NCBI GenBank assembly: GCA_002269645.1
Contig: NIVC01001001.1
Span: 310,001-374,000, forward strand
DNA length: 64,000 bases
Source: Macrostomum lignano
Lineage: Eukaryota
Direction of reading: 5' to 3'
The first letter of the stretch is position 1, and every line of letters begins with the position of its first letter. Positions 63,001-64,000 of the stretch are shown in pieces. The translations under genes were made by a program, and so were the position numbers. The notes under the pieces are model-generated. The model saw only the letters and a program-made list of their open reading frames with translations. It made no database searches and was not told where the DNA came from.

Positions 63001-63827
63001 CTCACTCTGTGATATCAAAATCTCACTCCGTGATATCAAAATCTCACTCTGTGATATCAAAATCTCGCTCTGTGATATCAAAATCTCACTCTGTGATATC
63101 AAAATCTCACTCTGTGATATCAAAATCTCACTCTGTGATATCAAAATCTCACTCTGTGATATCAAAATCTCACTCTGTGATATCAAAATCTCACTCTGTG
63201 ATATCAAAATCTCACTCTGTGATATCAAAATCTCACTCTGATATCCAAATCTCAATCTTGATATCCAAATCTCTCTCTTGTGATATCCAAATTGATATCC
63301 TACTCCATAGAATCTAAATCTCACTCTACAGGATTAAAATCTTAGTCGATCGAATCGAAGTCTCACTCTATAGAATAAAATCTCACTCCATAGAATCTAA
63401 ATCTCACTCCATAGAATCAAAATCTCACTCCATAGAATCAAAATCTCACACTATAGAATCAAAATCTCACTCCATAGTATCAAAATCTCACTCTATAGAA
63501 TCAAAATCTCACTCTACAGAATCAAAATCTCACACTATAGAATCAAAATCTCACCCAGCTGGTGCACCACACTGAGATCCTGCTGCATGTAGGTGACAGC
63601 CCGGTCAATACGACCAGCAGACCAGTGCGCTCTGCTCAAAGCGCTCAACACGGAGGCCTTCAATTTCAAACTGCTCGTGCCCAATTGCAGAGCGCATTCC
63701 AGCGCTGTGATGGCTTGCGGATGTTGGCCGAGGCTTTCCAGCTCTTGGCCGATAACGGACATGAGTACGAATGCACTGTTGGCCAGGTGCAGCTTGCAGA
63801 GCTGCTCGTAGACGGGTAGGAAGCGCT
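47323..63827 (-). CDS. TTC28: Tetratricopeptide repeat protein 28 orthologue (TPR array + CHAT domain); 11 exons in window, 5' part beyond 64000
   Basis: complement(join(47323..48777,49119..50094,50779..51371,51965..52318,53119..53466,54167..54754,55336..55692,58161..58762,59867..60270,61061..61415,63555..63827)), ~2100 codons, phases consistent. TTC28-specific motifs: [111 protein letters not shown]. Confidence 0.93.
48860..49118 (+). repeat. Degenerate (TCTCA/CCCCA)-rich minisatellite, TTC28 last intron
   Basis: The minus-strand monomer GTGAGATTGAGATGGG begins at the splice donor. Confidence 0.8.
50140..50760 (+). repeat. ~28-35 bp minisatellite, TTC28 intron
   Basis: Unit GGGCCAGCCTCCCAGATCCTCAGTTGCT; it explains ORFs 49778-50887. 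Confidence 0.9.
51378..51958. repeat. (GAGT)n microsatellite with GAAA interruptions, TTC28 intron
   Basis: Directly visible. Confidence 0.95.
52375..53092 (+). repeat. 32 bp minisatellite, TTC28 intron
   Basis: Unit GATTAAAGATCAAAGGGGTTAGCCGCATCTTA. Confidence 0.92.
53490..54105. repeat. (TGTC)n microsatellite, TTC28 intron
   Basis: Directly visible. Confidence 0.95.
54845..55335 (+). repeat. 22 bp minisatellite, TTC28 intron
   Basis: Unit TTATATTGACCCATTAGGTAGC. Confidence 0.93.
55730..56006 (-). mobile_element. tRNA-derived SINE with CORE-like central domain, near full length
   Basis: Minus strand: A box TAGTGGTTAGAGC, B box GGTTCGACCC, then TGTGTCCTTGAGC...CTTCAGTTCACCCAGCTGTAAAATGGGTACC, 3' end ATTAGGGCAGGTGTAATCAA plus a TAT-rich tail. 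Homologous to 57846-58050 and 60455-60716. Confidence 0.85.
56680..57417 (+). CDS. Intronless secreted C-type lectin + PAN/apple-like domain protein (245 aa), nested antisense in a TTC28 intron
   Basis: ATG at 56680 (the listed ORF start at 56677 is TTG). Hydrophobic signal peptide; CP..F....GRC, TWCEA..QC...GG, YWLGVTD, W..GDPNN..G.QDCV, LVDLSC and GFACE define a CTLD. The C-terminal SAIECVAM...F..K.KKCRL segment is PAN-like. Confidence 0.88.
   Translation: MKFEISFWWVLGSQLLTVLAQCPAPFYLEAGRCIFVSTTQGFTWCEANRQCSSIGGELINSYSLLKLLPSMPSFQNGKKYWLGVTDLADERHASKEGWQTVFGRGQLPLEDSLWINGDPNNKGGKQDCVATYTSSAKLVDLSCSYKRGFACEFAAAAPIAAQLNGQWKRTPFKRSSYNPSSEYCFTDLTNIDSAIECVAMAMRSKDSQHVLFNKKQKKCRLLHFTDAQVEKAIERSADWVKFGLT
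57846..58050 (-). mobile_element. Same SINE family, 3'-truncated copy
   Basis: Aligns with 55800-56006: CCCCAGCTAATGCTGG(T/C)ACCCATTTTACAGCTGGGTGAACTGAAG...GCTCAAGGACACAAATTGTTCCGA. Confidence 0.85.
58790..59845 (+). repeat. 21 bp minisatellite, TTC28 intron
   Basis: Unit GATTTGAAATCGGGATTTGTA, about 50 copies, with recurring variant blocks. Confidence 0.93.
60455..60716 (+). mobile_element. Same SINE family, plus-strand copy
   Basis: TAGCCTAGAGGTTGGAGC (A box), GTTCGATTC (B box), TGTGTCCTTGAGAGCAAGACACTCAAC...CTGTAAAATGGG, ATTAGGGCAGGTGTAATCAAC and a TAT tail. Confidence 0.85.
61495..62200 (+). repeat. Purine-rich compound minisatellite, TTC28 intron
   Basis: Recurrent TGAGGATGGGGCGGAAGCTGA, with longer duplicated blocks. 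Confidence 0.85.
62655..63554 (+). repeat. Graded 21-25 bp minisatellite series sharing AAATCTCACTC, TTC28 intron
   Basis: ATCTCACTCTTTTGATATCCAA, then AAAATCTCACTCTGTGATATC, then AAAATCTCACTCCATAGAATC, running up to the splice donor at 63554. Confidence 0.92.
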
Positions 63828-63864
63828 CTGTTCGGGTTGTAGATTGTAATTTTTTACATAAATT

Positions 63865-64000
63865 ATTAACTAATGTATTACCTAATTACTGAGAGTTATC
63901 ACCTAACTAGCGAGATAGACTAATTACCTAATTAGCAAAATAGACTAAATACCTAATTAGTGAGTTAGACTAATTACCTAATTAGCGAGTTAGACTGATT
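63865..64000 (+). repeat. ~25 bp degenerate minisatellite running off the window end
   Basis: CTAATTACCTAATTAGCGAGTTAGA-like units. Confidence 0.7.

Overview
Eukaryotic, intron-containing DNA: GC3-rich, poly-Q/poly-A-rich exons sit in AT-rich spacers, and most longer introns are filled by their own micro- or minisatellite. This style suggests a macrostomid flatworm such as Macrostomum (inference only). I reconstructed eight genes by hand from GT-AG junctions, with reading phase consistent across every junction: a DNAJC5/cysteine string protein (+); an unassigned 4-exon poly-Q protein (-); two tandem TDG/Mug-family DNA glycosylase genes (-); a secreted agrin-like protein of five follistatin-Kazal modules (+); a divergent derlin (+); a TTC28 orthologue (TPR+CHAT, -, 5' end beyond the window); and an intronless C-type lectin/PAN gene (+) nested in a TTC28 intron. 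Repeats include a 22-23 bp satellite with a ~1 kb higher-order period, a ~410 bp foldback pair, interstitial TTAGGG tracts, three CORE-like tRNA-SINEs and a hAT-type MITE. There is no CRISPR array, rRNA gene or intact tRNA. The best novelty candidate is the TDG pair: both copies have Met at the GINPG glycine, the position equivalent to the thymine-excluding Tyr of UNG, and Ile at the conserved Thr197 position. The two copies also show patchy gene conversion and unrelated upstream regions. All similarity statements come from recalled family motifs, not database searches.
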